Origin: Zygophlyctis sp. KS116
Taxonomy: Eukaryota; Fungi; Chytridiomycota
Direction of reading: 5' to 3'
DNA: 14,370 nt
NCBI GenBank assembly: GCA_054661495.1
Contig: BAAFSQ010000251.1
Span: forward strand, 1-14,370
This document shows, one piece after another, positions 14,050-14,370 of this stretch; the stretch's first letter is position 1, and the number at the start of each line of letters is the position of its first letter. A program made the position numbers and the translations under genes. The notes beneath the pieces were generated by a model. That model searched no databases. It was given only the letters and a program-made list of their open reading frames with translations, and had not been told where the DNA came from.

Positions 14050-14057
14050 TTACTTTT

Positions 14058-14370
14058 AGTTATAAGAATTTTCTTAAAGGTTATAAGAAAGTTATAAGAA
14101 ATTTCTTAAAGGGTATAAAAAAGTTATAAGAATTTTCTTAAAGGTTATAAGAAAGTTATAGAATTTTCTTAAAGGTTATAAAAAAGTTATAAGAATTTTC
14201 TTAAAGGTTATAAGAAAGTTATAGAAATTTCTTAAAGGTTATAAAAAAGTTATAAGAATTTTCTTAAAGGTTATAAGAAAGTTATAGAATTTTCTTAAAG
14301 GTTATAAAAAAGTTATAAGAATTTTCTTAAAGGTTATAAGAAAGTTATAGAAATTTCTTAAAGGTTATAA
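14058..14370. repeat. AT-rich tandem satellite of 31/32-nt monomers (about 10 visible), truncated by the window edge
   Basis: Monomer A (AGTTATAAGAATTTTCTTAAAGGTTATAAGAA) starts at 14058, 14122, 14185, 14248 and 14311. It alternates with B variants starting at 14090, 14154, 14217, 14280 and 14343. Confidence 0.97.

Noticed and set aside
14058-14370. CRISPR array (about 32-nt palindromic repeats)
   Set aside because: The intervening units are variants of the same monomer rather than unique spacers. There are no cas genes and the context is eukaryotic.

Overview
This window is eukaryotic, most likely an early-diverging (probably zoosporic) fungus, with an AT-rich and extremely compact genome. 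The fragmented ORF track is explained by 31 predicted ultra-short GT-AG introns of 23-33 nt (mean about 28). Removing them gives in-frame proteins in all six intron-containing genes. In order, the window holds: a possible truncated HSF-like gene start; an Ett1/Nro1-like helical-repeat protein; mitochondrial-type glutamyl-tRNA synthetase; proteasome beta-3 (PUP3); a small secreted-type ORF; a possible Moonraker/KIAA0753-like centriolar protein; V-ATPase subunit a; xanthine dehydrogenase; an F-box protein; and a Cdc1/MPPE1 metallophosphoesterase. It ends in a palindromic 31/32-nt satellite with higher-order structure. Spacing is minimal, including a 44-nt antisense CDS overlap, a 19-nt ATG-to-ATG gap and a 3-nt stop-to-stop gap. 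All splice models were built by hand from the sequence and remembered family motifs; no searches were run.
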